A stretch of 64,000 nucleotides of DNA, taken from positions 744,001-808,000 of the forward strand of contig NW_026250416.1 in assembly GCF_024521635.1 (NCBI RefSeq), in the 5' to 3' direction. The first letter of the stretch is position 1, and every line of letters starts with the position of its first letter. Of this stretch, positions 37,749-49,964 are shown one piece after another. The stretch comes from Tricharina praecox. Lineage: Eukaryota. Below the pieces are notes generated by a model. The model was not told where the DNA came from. It saw only the letters and a list, made by a program, of their open reading frames with translations, and did no database searches. The position numbers and the translations under genes were made by a program.

Positions 37749-40700
37749 GTACCCGGGATAAGTCTTTGTCTCCTATGTCCCCTATTTTTCGTTTGTCTAG
37801 TCTCTCAGTGTCAGGAATGGTTGTGGAGGAATCATCAATGGAAGGAAAACATCTTGTTGTATTGTGTAACCTTTCGTTTGGTGACAAAACCATTGCCACG
37901 CATGCGCTGATCGACTGTGGGGCAACCGGAATTGCATTTGTAGACAAAGACTTCGCCCGCCATCACCACCTACCCCTCGTACCCCTGAAATCCCCGCGCA
38001 CCCTCGAAGTCATCGATGGCCGTCCCATCGAGTCAGGCGACATCACACATGTTGCCACCACCACCCTGTCCATACAGGAACACCACGAAGAAATCCCTAT
38101 GTTTGTCACCAAACTAGGCCACTACCCGGTTGTACTCGGAATCCCCTGGATGGACCTCCACGATGTGGCCATCCGGTTCAGCTCCCGAACCCTCACCTTT
38201 GGCTCCCAATACTGTACAGCCAACTGCAATGCGGTGCCCACAGTTGCACATGGAATCACCACCGACCCACCTGACGTATCTACCTATGCTCTCGCGTCAA
38301 AAGCAGCTCAGCAAGAGCCAGCGGTAAGCGCGGGGGCCGGCGACATCGTGGCCCGCTGCATTACGTCTCCCCCAAGGATGAATCACCAAGAATGCACTAA
38401 CCTTTCAAGGGAAACCACAGTCAGAATCTCAGCCTTACGGATGGAGTCATTCCAAGAACTGGTCAGCAAGGAAAGCCTTACGATTTTCAACACCACTCTT
38501 GCTGAAGTCAACGGCGCACTGGAAGGAAACAAGGACCCCACGGCACATATCCCTCACGAATATCACGAGTTCCTACCGCTGTTCTCTGAAGCCCTCGCCC
38601 AGAACTTGCCACCGCACCGACACTACGACCATAAGATCCCACTCAAGGAGGGATTTACGCCCCCATACGGACCACTGTACTCACTTTCGAAAACGGAGCT
38701 TGTCGCACTGAAGGAATGGCTTGACGACAACCTCAGCAAAGGTTTCATCCGTGCATCTTCCTCTCCAGCAGCATCGCCAATCCTGTTTGTCAAGAAATCG
38801 CATGGCTCCCTACGCCTGTGTGTGGATTACAGGGGCCTGAACGAAGGAACAATCAAGAACAGGTACCCACTCCCACTTCTCCAAGAAACTCTGATGCGGC
38901 TATCCGGGGCAAAATACTTCACCACCCTGGATATCTGCGGTGCCTACAACCTTGTGCGGATGGCGGAAGGACAAGGGTGGAAAACTGCCTTTCAGACACG
39001 CTATGGGTTCTTCGAATCCCTCGTCATGCCCTTCGGCCTCACCAACGCCCCTGCCGACTTCAAAGCTCTGTTCAACGATGTGCTACGTCCGTTCCTCGAC
39101 GACTTCTGTACCGCATTCATCGATGACGTCTTCATTTACAGCGGATCCTTAGATGAACAGCGGAAACATGTCAGGAAAGTACTTCAGGCCTTATCAGCAG
39201 CCGGTCTACATCTCAAACCCGAAAAATGTCATTTCCACTAGACGGAAGTTAAGTATTTGGGACTGATCATTACAACAAACGGGATCAAGATGGACCCAGC
39301 GAAAGTCTCCTGCATACTGGAATGGGAGGAGCCGAGTACCGTCACCGATGTGCAATGCTTTCTGGGATTTGCGAACTTCTACCGGCGATTCATCCAAGAC
39401 TATTCCAAGGTGTTATCCCCACTGACAGCATTGACCAAGAAGGAGGATGGAAAGTATGTTCCCTTCGTGTGGGGACCGGAACAGCAGATAGCATTCGACG
39501 AACTAAAAACAGCATTCACCTCGGCCCCGATCCTCCGGCACTTCGACTACGATCGGCAGATAGTAGTGGAAACTGACGCCTCCGACTACGTCTCTGCCGG
39601 AGTCCTATCTCAGTACGGCGACGAGGGAATCCTGCACCCAGTGGCATTCTATTCCAAGAAACACTCCCCGGCAGAATGCAACTACGTGATCTATGACAAA
39701 GAACTCCTCGCAATCGTCCGCGCCTTTGAGGAGTGGAGACCACATCTGGAGGGCGCTCCTCACCCCATCCAAGTCCTAAGCGACCACAAGAATCTGGAGT
39801 ATTTCATGACAACGAAACTACTCAACCGACGACAAGCGCGATGGTCAGAGTTCCTTTCCCGTTTCCATTTCAAGATTGTCTACCGACCAGGCAAAGCGGG
39901 AGGAAAACCGGATGCACTGACCAGGAGGTCAGGAGACCTCCCTAAAGAAGGGGATGAAAGACTGCTCGCCAACCAGCAGGCAGTCCTGAAACCGGACAAC
40001 CTACCGGAAGAACTCCGGTTGGCAGCAACCAACACACCCGAACAAGACCGTCCCCTCCTCACGTCACTGATAACAGAAGGCTACGACATAGACCCCGTCC
40101 CAAATCGAATCCTCGAGCTACTCCGAAATGGTACACGCCACTCGAAGGAGATCTCCTTGGCCGAATGCCGCGAAGTCAACGGGCGACTGATCTACCGAGA
40201 CTGCCTCTATGTTCCAGAGTACGACCGACTCCGACTACGACTGATCCAGGACCACCACGGCCCACCGACCATGGGGCACCCAGGGAGCGCCAAAACCCTG
40301 GAACTACTTGCTCGGAGGTACTACTGGCCACAGATGCGAAAGGACGTTGATCAGTTTGTCCGAAACTGCCACACCTGCCGGCGAACTAAGGCCACCCGGC
40401 ACACACCCTATGGTGTCCTGCGCCCCCTCCCAGTACCCGAGAAGCCATGGCAACACATCTCAGTCGACTTTGTCACTGGCTTACCGGCCTCAAAGGGGTT
40501 TGACGCTATCTGTGTTTTTGTTGACCGACTGACCAAGCAACGCCATTTCCTACCATGTACCACGACCATCACCTCGGAAGGACTGGCCGAGCTGTTCTGC
40601 GACCGGATATTCAGGTACCACCGGTTGCCAGAAACCATCGTCTCGGATAGGGACCCCAGTTTGCCTCGAGATTCTGGAAACACCTATGCTCATGCCTCAA

Positions 40701-41700
40701 GATCGAGCCACGCCTGTCAACTGCCTTCCACCCCCAGACCGACGGCCAAACCGAACGGATGAACGCCGTCATGGAACAGCACCTCCGCGCGTACGTCAGC
40801 TACCTCCAGGATGACTGGGTCGACTACCTCTTCTTGGCCGAATTCGCTGGCAACAACCAGGTCTCCGACACGACTACCCTGTCCCCATTCTTCGCTAACC
40901 TAGGATACCACCCACGGTGTGACTTTGAGCTGGATATCCGTGTCGACACCAAGGAGGAACATCAAGCTCAGAGTGCAGCGGAACGGTTGCATCAAATCCA
41001 CGACGCCGCCGGCAGCCGGACGCAGTATGCCCAGGCACGGCAACAGGACACCTCCGACTGACACCGAACCCCTGCGCCAGCGTTCCAACCAGGCGACATG
41101 GTATGGGTGGATGGTCGGAACTGGCGCACCGAGAGACCCAGTCGCAAGCTGGAAAACTAACACCATGGTCCCTACCGTGTGATTCGGACAATCGGAACCC
41201 ACGCGTACGGATTGGACATCCCGGACACCGTACAGAAGCACCGAACATTTCCTGTATCCCTCCTTCACGCCTCCGCTGACGATGCCTTCCCTGGACATAT
41301 TCCACCACCACCACTTCCGGTAATCGTGGACGACCAAGAAGAATGGGAGGTTGAAGAGGTCCTCGACAGCCGGAACTTCAGGGGCAAACTCCAGTACCTG
41401 GTGAAATGGAGAGGCTACGCGGCACCAACATGGGAACCAGAGGAGAACCTTACCGAGGTACAAGCTGTGGACGACTTCCATCGACGATACCACATGCAGC
41501 CTGGACCAGTCGAACTTGCTCTCGTGGGAACTCGAGCCTTAGGAGGGACTACTGTCACGGCTCGCGATGGAATGACCAAGGGAGGGTCAGCACAAGGATC
41601 GGGAGAGTTGGGGGGCAGTGCAGAGGCAGTGCACCGGCAGTGCAAGGATGAGCCGCAGAGGATTTGGGGCTGTGTGCAGGGAGCAGGGATAGCGCAGTAA
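37703..41700 (+). pseudogene. pol: Pol (protease, RT, RNase H, integrase, chromodomain) with 3 stops and one frameshift
   Basis: ALIDCGATG; LCVDYRGLN, MPFGLTNAP, FIDD; ETDASD, YDKELLAIV; HHCC zinc region, ISVDFV, FHPQTDGQTER; WEVEEVLDSR..YLVKWRGY..TWEP. Stops at 39239, 41059, 41158; frameshift ~40652. Confidence 0.95.
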
Positions 41701-42111
41701 TGAGCCGCAGGAGATTGGGGCTGTGTGCAGGAAGCAGGGGTAGTGCGGCTGCGCAGGGTATGAGCCACGGAAGTGAGGTACTGGCAAGGTGGATTTCTCA
41801 GGGTCTGGCACACGCCCACGGTCATTGTCAGGTTGCGGGAAGAAGTGGAGGATTTTCTATATAAACGGGCCGTTGCCCCTCTGTATTTAGTTCTTCACGC
41901 AACAACTTGTTAATTCAATCACTGTTACCTCTGTCCTTGCCTCGGCTGTCGCCTGCGCCGTAGTCCTTGTCCCTGCCTCTGTTCTCAGTTGCCGTCTGCA
42001 CTAAGTCCTGCCTCACCTTGTCCCCTGAACCCGTCTTGCCTCTACCGAACCCAGAACCCGATCCCCAGCCCGGCTTCGCTACCTGGAGCCTTGCCCGACC
42101 GTGCTGTTACA

Positions 42112-43484
42112 TCGAGACACGACTATTTACTGCCTTCCACCCCCAGAAGGACGGCCAAACGGAACGAATGAATACAGTCATGGAATCACACCTCCGAGCG
42201 GACGTGAGCTACCCCCAAGACGACTGGGTGGATTACCTATTCTTGGCAAAGTTCGCTGGCAACAACCTAACATCCGACACTACCACCCTGTCTCCGTCCT
42301 TTACTAACCTAGGCTACCACCCCCGTTGCGGCTTCGAGCTCGATTTTCGAACTGACACGAATGAGGAACGACAGGCACAAACCCCAGCAGAACGGCTGCA
42401 GCAGATCCACGGCGTTGCCCGCAGTGAAATGCTTTACGCCCAAGCACGTCAACAGGACAACACCGACCTGCACTGGACTCCTGCCCCAGCCTTCCAGCCA
42501 GGAGATATGGTATGGGTGGACGGCCGAAACTGGCGAACGGAGCGATTGAGCCAGAAACCAGAGAATAAGCACCACAGACCTTACCAAATCACCCGGGCCA
42601 TCGGAACCCACGCATACGAGCTGGACATCCTGAATACCGTCCAGAACCACCGCATATTCCCTGTATCACTTCTTCATGCATCAGCCGACGTCCCTTTCCC
42701 CGGCCAGATCCTCCGGCCACCACTGCCGGAAACCGTGAACGACCAAGAAGAATCGACAGTCAACGAAGTGCTGGACAGCCGACTGCTCAGGGGAAAACTT
42801 CAGTACCAGGTCAAATGAAGGGGTTTCGCGTCGCCGACGTGGGAACTAGACGAACACCTGGTGGAGGTGCAAGCCGTGGACGGCTTTTTTTAACAATACC
42901 CAATGAAGCCGGGCCCAATCCAACTTGCTCTCGTCAAAACTAGATCCTTAGGAGGGTCTACTATCATGGCTCACCTTGGAACGTTCGAGTAGAAGTTGGA
43001 GCAGGGGTCTGAAGGCAGTGCGGAGGCAGCGCGGGGGTAGCACAAGGGGCAGCGCGGTCAGCGATGCAGGAATGGGTCATACGGGATTGGGGCTGTGTGC
43101 CGGTAACAGGGGTAGCGCGGCTGCGCAGGGTGTCAGTCACCGTAGCGGTGTATTGGCGAGGAGGATTTCTCAGGGTCTAGCACACGCCCACAATCATCGT
43201 CTGGTTCCAGGAAGAAATGGAGGATTTCCTATATAAACAGGCCGGCGCCCCTCTATAATTAGCTCTTCACGCAACAACTTGTTAATACAACAACTGTTAC
43301 CTCTGTCCTTGCCTTGGCTGCCGTCTGCGCTGTAGTCTCTGTCTCTGTCCCTGTTTCTCAGTTGCCGTCTGCACTGAGCTCTGCCTTGCCTTGTCCTCTG
43401 AACCCGTCTTACCCCCGCTGCATCCAGTACACGATCCCAGGCCCGACTTTGCGGCTTGGAGCCTTGCTCGACCGTGCCGTTACA
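42112..43484 (+). mobile_element. Older Gypsy copy B, 3' part (integrase C-half, chromodomain, PPT, diverged LTR 42962-43484)
   Basis: TAFHPQKDGQTERMN...EVLDSRLLRGKLQY; PPT TTAGGAGGG; LTR TATCATGG...CCGTTACA. Confidence 0.9.
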
Positions 43485-43635
43485 GAAACATAGTGTGACA
43501 CCCTGGTGTTCTCATGGGTAGTCAGAGCAAACACAGTGCGTTCAGAAGTGATCAGAACCCTGGAATAGGTAGTCATAGAATAAATAAGAGTTGGATAGAA
43601 GTAAGCAGACGGGATTCAGAGTCTGGACAGCAATC

Positions 43636-44718
43636 TGCAACGGCACGGTCCAGCAAGACTCCAGGTAGTGAAGCCGGGCGGGTGATCAGATACTGCGTCC
43701 GGCAGAGGCAAGACAGGTTCGGAGAACAAGGCAATGCAGGGCTCAGTGCCGACGGCAACTGGGAACAGAGGCGGGGACAAGGACTACAGCGCAGACGGCA
43801 GCCTGGGCAAGGCCAGAGGTAACAGTTGTTGGATCAACAAGTTGTTGCGTGAAGAACTAAATACAGAGGGGCAACGGCCCGTTTATATGGGAAATCCTCC
43901 ACTTCTTCTGTAACGGCACGGTCGGGCAAGGCTCTAGGTAGCGAAGTCGGGCTGGGGATCGGGTTCTGCCTTCGGTAGAGGCAAGACGGGTTCAGAGGAC
44001 AAGGTAAGGCAGGGCTCAGTGCAGACGGCAACTCAGAACAGAGGCAGGGACAAGGACTACGGCGCAGACGGCAGCCGAGGCAAGGACAGAGGTAACAGTG
44101 ATTCAGTTAACAAGTTGTTGCGTGAAGAACTAAATACAGACAGGCGGCGGCCCGTTTATATAGAAAATCCTCCACTTCTTCCCGCAACCTGACAATGACC
44201 GTGGGCGTGTGCCAGACCCTGAGAAATCCACCTTGCCAGTACCCCACTTCCGTGACTCATACCCTGTGCAGCCGCACTACCCCTGCTTCCTGCACACAGC
44301 CCCAATCCCCTGCGGCTCATTACTGCGCTATCCCTGCTCCCTGCACACAGCCCCCAATCCTCTGCGACTCATCCTTGCACTGCAGGTGCACTGCCTGTGC
44401 ACTGCCTCCCAACTCTCCCAATCCTTGCGCCGACCCTCCCTTCGTCATTCCGTCGCGAGACGTAACATCTTCCTGCAACCTGACAATGACCCTGGGTGTG
44501 TGCCTGACCCTGAGACATCCAGCTTGCCAGTACCCCGCTTCGGTGACTCATACCCTGCGCAGCCGCACTATCCATGCTCCCCGCACACAGCCCCCAATCT
44601 TCTACGACTCATCCTTGCACTGCCAGTGCACTGCCTGTGCACTGCCTGCTAACTCTTCTAATTCTTGCGCCAGCTCTTCCTTCGTCATTCCTTCGTCATT
44701 CTGTCGGGAGCCGTGATA
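43636..44718 (-). mobile_element. Gypsy LTR (43636-43908 + 44473-44718) interrupted by a solo LTR
   Basis: Reverse complement of the same LTR family; halves are contiguous once the insert is removed. Confidence 0.88.
43909..44467 (-). mobile_element. Solo Gypsy LTR with 5-bp TSD
   Basis: 559 bp TG..CA; TCTTC at 43904-43908 and 44468-44472. Confidence 0.95.
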
Positions 44719-45825
44719 ATATTAGAAACTGTACAAAAGCACAAAACGTTTCCAGTATCCCTCCTTGATGCCTCCCTCAAACACCCACTCGCCGGGCCAA
44801 TCCCACCGCCACCAGCTTCAGTAGTTAGGGACGGCCATAAGGAATGCGAGGATGAAGAGTGCTTAACAGCCGTAACCTCAGGGCAAACTCTGGTAGCTGG
44901 TGAATTGGAGGGGCTACGCAACACCCCCCGGAAACCCGAAGAAACCCTTACAGAGCTGCAAGCCCGGTGTCGTAAAAAAAAACCCTGGGAAAGTACTATA
45001 CCAATTGGCCAAAAGGTATTTTGATGAGTGATGGTGATTATCCCAGTAGCTATTAAGGCAAGGATTTGTAAACCGTGACAGTATCCCCTCTCTAGGGGCT
45101 TCCTCCATGCAGCCTTCAAGTAGTTAACCCCAATGAGTGATATTGCATGATAAGAATCATAATACACCACTCAGTGTAAGCCATGCTATTCCTGAATTAC
45201 CCCGCAGCGGGGGAAAATAACCACTCGCCGTGAGAATTGAATTCATGACCTTATAGCAGCCATCAAACTGTGATAAAGAATGCTGGGAAAGTATTACATC
45301 ACTCGCCCAAAAGGTATTTCGATGGCTGAAGGCCATCATCCCAGTAGCTACTTAAGGCAAGGATTTCTGAACCGTGACACCGTTGACGACTTCCACCATC
45401 GTTACCCCATGCAGTCTGGACCAGTTCAACTTGCTCTTGTGGGGACTCAGGCCTTAGGGGGAACTACTGTGACGGCCGGCGACAGGGCAACCGAGAAAGG
45501 GCCGGGACAGCGATCGGACGACTCGGGAGGAAGCGATTAGGCAGCGCAGGAATGAGTTGCACAGGATTGGGGCTGTGCATGTAAGAGCAGAGGTTGAACG
45601 GCTGCGCAGGTGTGAGTTGGAAAGCGGGCACTGCAGCGAAGGATTCCTCAGGGTCTAGCACACGCCCACTGTCATTATCGGGTTGCAGGAAGAAGTGGAG
45701 GATTTCCTATATAAATTGGCCGTTGCCCCTCTGTAATTAGTTCCTCACGCAACAAGTTGTTAATTCCACAACTGTTAACTCTGTCCTTGTCTCCACTACC
45801 GTCTCCACCGTAGTCTTTGTCTTGT
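44719..45825 (+). mobile_element. Degenerate Gypsy 3' end (integrase tail/chromodomain, PPT, truncated LTR from 45468), split by the TRIM
   Basis: LETVQKHKTFPVSLL..PIPPPP..; resumes VDDFHHRYPMQSGPVQLALVG at 45380; TTAGGGGG PPT then TGTGACGG. Confidence 0.85.
44968..45379 (-). mobile_element. TRIM-like miniature LTR retrotransposon (412 bp)
   Basis: ~112-bp TG..CA direct repeats at 44968-45080 and 45269-45379; 188-bp non-coding core; minus-strand PPT AGAGAGGGG adjacent to the 3' repeat; clean insertion into chromodomain sequence. Confidence 0.85.
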
Positions 45826-48800
45826 GCCTCCGCCACGCAGCTGCTTGGTCTTGAAGACCCACTAAGAGCTTATGGGTGTAATCCCAGTCGGAACGTCTTC
45901 CCACCGGATAAAATCCCATGTCGAGTTCTCGGCCAGCGACCGGAGTTTCTCGTCAACAGTACCAACCCACTTTGAGCCGAGCCCCGGGTGAGCAACTGCT
46001 TCCCGGTAGAACACCAGAGATGCACGATCCACTGGTTCCTCTTCCACACTAGATCTGGTGGGTGTCCGCTCGCGCCCTTTTTTGGAGATTATATCTTTCC
46101 GGAAAAGGTACCCGTGCCACAGATATGCTGTTGGTAATGACTGGTCACCAGGCGTAGCCGGGACACCTGGTGTGATGTCCCCAATCTGAAATTTATGCAT
46201 GCCTTCGCTTGCAGTGATGCCGCGCTCACTATCACCGGATTCGTCGCAGGTAACGTTGGATGCCTGTACCGCCTGCCGGCTTGCGGGGTCCCAGAGACGC
46301 AAGATTGTAGTACTGACGTGTACGTAGCCAACAAGGTAGTGCATCTCAGCTCGTGAGCCAAACTTCGTCCGCTGACTGGCTGGTACAGCTCGATAAGTGC
46401 GGCAGCCGAAGCTGCGGAGATGCGCCACAGCTGGCTCTGTCCCGTGCAGTTTCTCGTTAGGTGTCATGCCCTTATTCGCTGCGGTAGGGCTTCTCGCGTG
46501 CAGGTAGTTCGCCGCATACACCGCCTTGGCCCACATGCTTGTAGGTATGTGGCCGTCGATCATCATGGCGCGAGCTTTGGAGTTGTGCGTCTGAATCATC
46601 CTTTCCGACACACCATTCTTGTGCTGTGTGTAGGGCGGAGACGGCTCATAGGAGATGACGCACTGGGTAAGGATCCACCGGAAGGAATCGTTGTTGTATT
46701 CTCCTTAAACTCTTGGAATATCGCGCATATCTCCGCAGACGTCTTAGATCGCAGGAAGAACACCCAACTCTGCGGGCTATAGTGGTCGATGTAAAGCATA
46801 TAGTAGGGGCAGCCGGATTGGGATGGTGGCGTTATCGGTCCGCACAGGTCCGATTGAATAATCTCGGGAGCTCTGTCCGCGCTGCGGGACAGAGTCTGGC
46901 GTTGATACTGCTCCTTTGCTTTGGCCTTCATGCACACGGAGCTGATGGACTTCGCAGGTTGCTTTACGTAGCAGTCTTTCGGAAGTAGGACGCGGAGATC
47001 GGCGAGATTGAGGTGCACAAACAGTCGGTGCCAGGTGTCCAGGTCTGTCGTGTCTGCCGACGGGGTGAGGGCGCTGCTGCTTCCCATGGATGTACTGGCA
47101 AACGTGAAGTTCGCCGTAGCCGTGCCTGTTGCGGTGCCCGCAGCGTAGTTTGCTTGCGCATCCAGTATGACACCCCCGAGCAGAGTGCACACGCGTGGAC
47201 CGGATCGCCGTTCTCTCGATCTCTGTTGCCCAATGGCTCGTGACCGCAGAAGGCAATGACCGAGTTGAAAAACAACCTCACAGCCTGCCTCTTCCAGGCG
47301 GTCCACCGAGATCAGCGACACTCAAAAGTCTGGTACATATAGTACGTTCATTGTCAGCAGTATCGCGCAGTCAAGATGGAAGTGAACGCTTCCCATTTCG
47401 ATGGCCATGCACACAGCTCCATTGGCGACCTTGACCAGTAGTGGTGTAGCCAGAGCGCGGAGCTCTCGGAAGATTTCACGGTTGCCATACAGATGGTGGA
47501 AAGCACCCGAGTCTATGATCCATGCGGCGAGCGCCGCTGCAATACTTACAACCGCGGTGGAGAGACCATGAACCTCATTGCCGTAGTGGGAAGAAGCTGT
47601 CGTCGCATTCTGCTGTATGGCCTTCTTCTTGGTGAAGCCATCTTGCTCTCAGTGACCTTTCTTCCCACAGTGCCAACACTCGCCATCGAAGTTGGTCGCC
47701 TTGCGACTATTATACGGTTTCCGATTCTCCCCCTGACCGCCAGCGTCGTTACCGCGACTGCCACGCTTGCTTGAACGTTGCCTGCCTGTGCCGGTCTGTG
47801 TTTGGAATTACGAGAGACCTCCGGGTTGGTGACGGTGGCTGCGATGAGGGCATATCTGGTAGTGTTGGCGGTGTTGGTGGTTCCACCGGTTTGTTCGTTG
47901 CGCGTCCTCTCAGCGTTTTCGTATTCGATGAGTACATTTCTGACCGAATCAAGGGTTTCGTCTTCCTCGGGCCGGAGGCTGACCATGTCAACCGCATTCT
48001 TGAACGCTGCCGGGAGGGTTCTGAGAAGATGGGACATGATTGTTGCATTCGGAATTTCCTCAACTGTTCCATCCACCTGCCGTTGCAGATTCGTCATCGT
48101 GGCGATGTAGTCGGCCACCTTCTCGCTGTGTCGCATGATCATCTTCCAAAAGCGCTGCGCCATAGGAAGTCGCCCAGTCCGTGACGAAGCGGTGTCCAAC
48201 TTCTCCGCGAGGACCGCCCAAACCCCAGCTGGTTCTCTATCGGGTAGCTTGTTCAGCATAGCTCAAATACTCATCTCTACCGACGAATACAGCATGCCAG
48301 TGGCAAACCCGTATCGTTTCAGATAGGTCTCCCGAGCCTGGAAGCCTTGGCCTGCCGGTGCAGGCTCATTCCCCAGCACTATCAGGAGTGCGTTTTCAGA
48401 GGTGAGGAACATCGTGATGTCTGCTTTCCAGGTGTAGTAATTGCTTGCATTGAGCAGAGGGGTTGATCCGTGCTTACACATGTAGATAAACATGGTGATT
48501 GTCTATACGAGGTTTCGGAGGAGGTATACGTGCGACGACGAAGGTATGCGAGCGACGAGCGGCGAGTGACGAGCGAAGTTATGCGAACGGGAGGGGTAGA
48601 TTCTCAAGAGACGGTGAGTGATAAACTTCGAGAGAGCGATAAACTTCGAGAGAGAGATGTGCCGGGAGGCAATCCACCAGGATGGTGAAAGATAGAATAT
48701 TTCTCAAGTAAGTGATATTTTTCAGCGTCAAACCCGGCTCATAACCTGTCAAATATAGGAGTATAAAATCTTGATTATCGTCTGTCTTCTGCAGCGGCAG

Positions 48801-49164
48801 AGGGTCCTCTATACAAATGTGCTTTGTAGGCCTCCAGGTTCGTCCTGGAGGCGGGCTGCTCGTAGGCCCCATCACGCTCAGGACACCGAACATGACCTGG
48901 ACGCCTAAGCTCCGGTCACCAGTCGTCCGGAACCAGATATGATTCGGGCGAAATAGAGCTGCCCAGCCACGCATCCTCACACCGGCCCCACTGCGTGGCG
49001 CCACGCCGCCAGCAGTGTCCTAGTGTCTCAGGGCATTCCGGGCGCTGTAGGGTATCCGTCCTCATTTCTCCAGCCCGGAAGCCTTTAGTCCTCAGTCTCC
49101 TCAGCCTGACCTATTGCGTTCCCGACTGGGCAACCTCAAAGACGGACGGGATGGACGGTTGACA
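45826..49164 (-). mobile_element. Degenerate Ty1/Copia element: 5' LTR 48747-49164, PBS, gag-PR-IN-start of RT
   Basis: PBS GGTTATGAGCCGG next to the LTR; LNASNYYTWK gag; CWHCGKKGH; WIIDSGA; TWHRLFVHLN; SDLCGP; SERMIQT..WAKAV; WVFKTK; many stops and frameshifts. Confidence 0.92.
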
Positions 49165-49740
49165 GCACTGGCAAGTGATATTACAAAGGGCGGTGATATT
49201 CAGTATTCACGAGTCACAGTACTACCTTCTATGCCACGTTACGGTAGGACCGCAACTAACAGTCCAGTCACGACTCACGATATGGAAGTACTTCGCCGGC
49301 TATCACGAACCTATTTATGAATACCGCGGCCTAAGAAGGGAGGAAGGGCTGTTGTCGAAGCCCATCTTTCAATGCAGGCAGCGGTGAAGCGGTAAATCTC
49401 TTGGCGTTCTGCACGAGTGATTATCGACGCTGGGTGTGAAGTGAATATAAATCAGGGGTTCGACGTTACCTTTACTGGTTTTCTTAAGGGAGATATCGGA
49501 GGAATCCGCCAATGTTCCCTCTAGCCACGGGTGAGATGGCTTCAGTGATGAGCACAGTCAAGGTGAAATGAAACACTTGCACCCGTACAATGAAGATGCC
49601 CATTCGCACCCTCGCTTTTTCGTCGTATTCAACATTCCCTGGGCGTAAAGACACTTCACACCGGCACTCCTAGCACTCCAAAAGGCTCGTATCGTCATGG
49701 CATATTCCTGGCACCTGGGAAATGAGACACAGACAAACAT

Positions 49741-49812
49741 AAAAAGAATCCGAAAGAAAAAAAGAATCCGAAAGAAAAAAAGAATCCGAAAGAAAAAAAG
49801 AATCCGAAAGAA
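49741..49812. repeat. 18-bp minisatellite x4
   Basis: AAAAAGAATCCGAAAGAA, four perfect copies. Confidence 0.95.
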
Positions 49813-49964
49813 ATACAGGACATGGGAGCAGTTAGAAAGATCATCCGACAAAACTGGAACCCCAAGACTAATATGAAACCCATGGCAACCTTCTCGCTAC
49901 TACGACAGTCGAGAGAAGTGTAAGAAAAACCATGAGCCATAGTTTGACACTCTATCCTTCGGGA

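Larger units (their letters stand above)
35921..42111 (+). mobile_element. Near-complete Ty3/Gypsy chromovirus LTR retrotransposon
   Basis: 559-bp TG..CA LTRs at 35921-36479 and 41553-42111 (~19 differences by hand count); gag, PR-RT-RH-IN-chromodomain order; PPT AGGAGGG at 41541. Confidence 0.97.

Noticed and set aside
43485-43489. GAAAC after the diverged LTR matches GAAAC before the LTR at 35921 (possible TSD)
   Set aside because: The two LTRs are different subfamilies and the interrupted gag does not resume afterwards; probably chance
34631-44716. Recurrent Cys-rich ORFs (e.g. MTVGVCQTL.., MSLPLFSVAV..)
   Set aside because: Translations of the repeated LTR sequence, not genes
32890-49164. 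TGTCAACC...GGTTGACA ends as TIRs of a 16-kb DNA transposon
   Set aside because: Explained by two convergent Copia LTR starts; flanks AGGGC and GCACT are not a TSD; no transposase
49741-49812. Short repeats here and at 1519-1602 as CRISPR-like arrays
   Set aside because: No unique spacers, no cas genes, eukaryotic context
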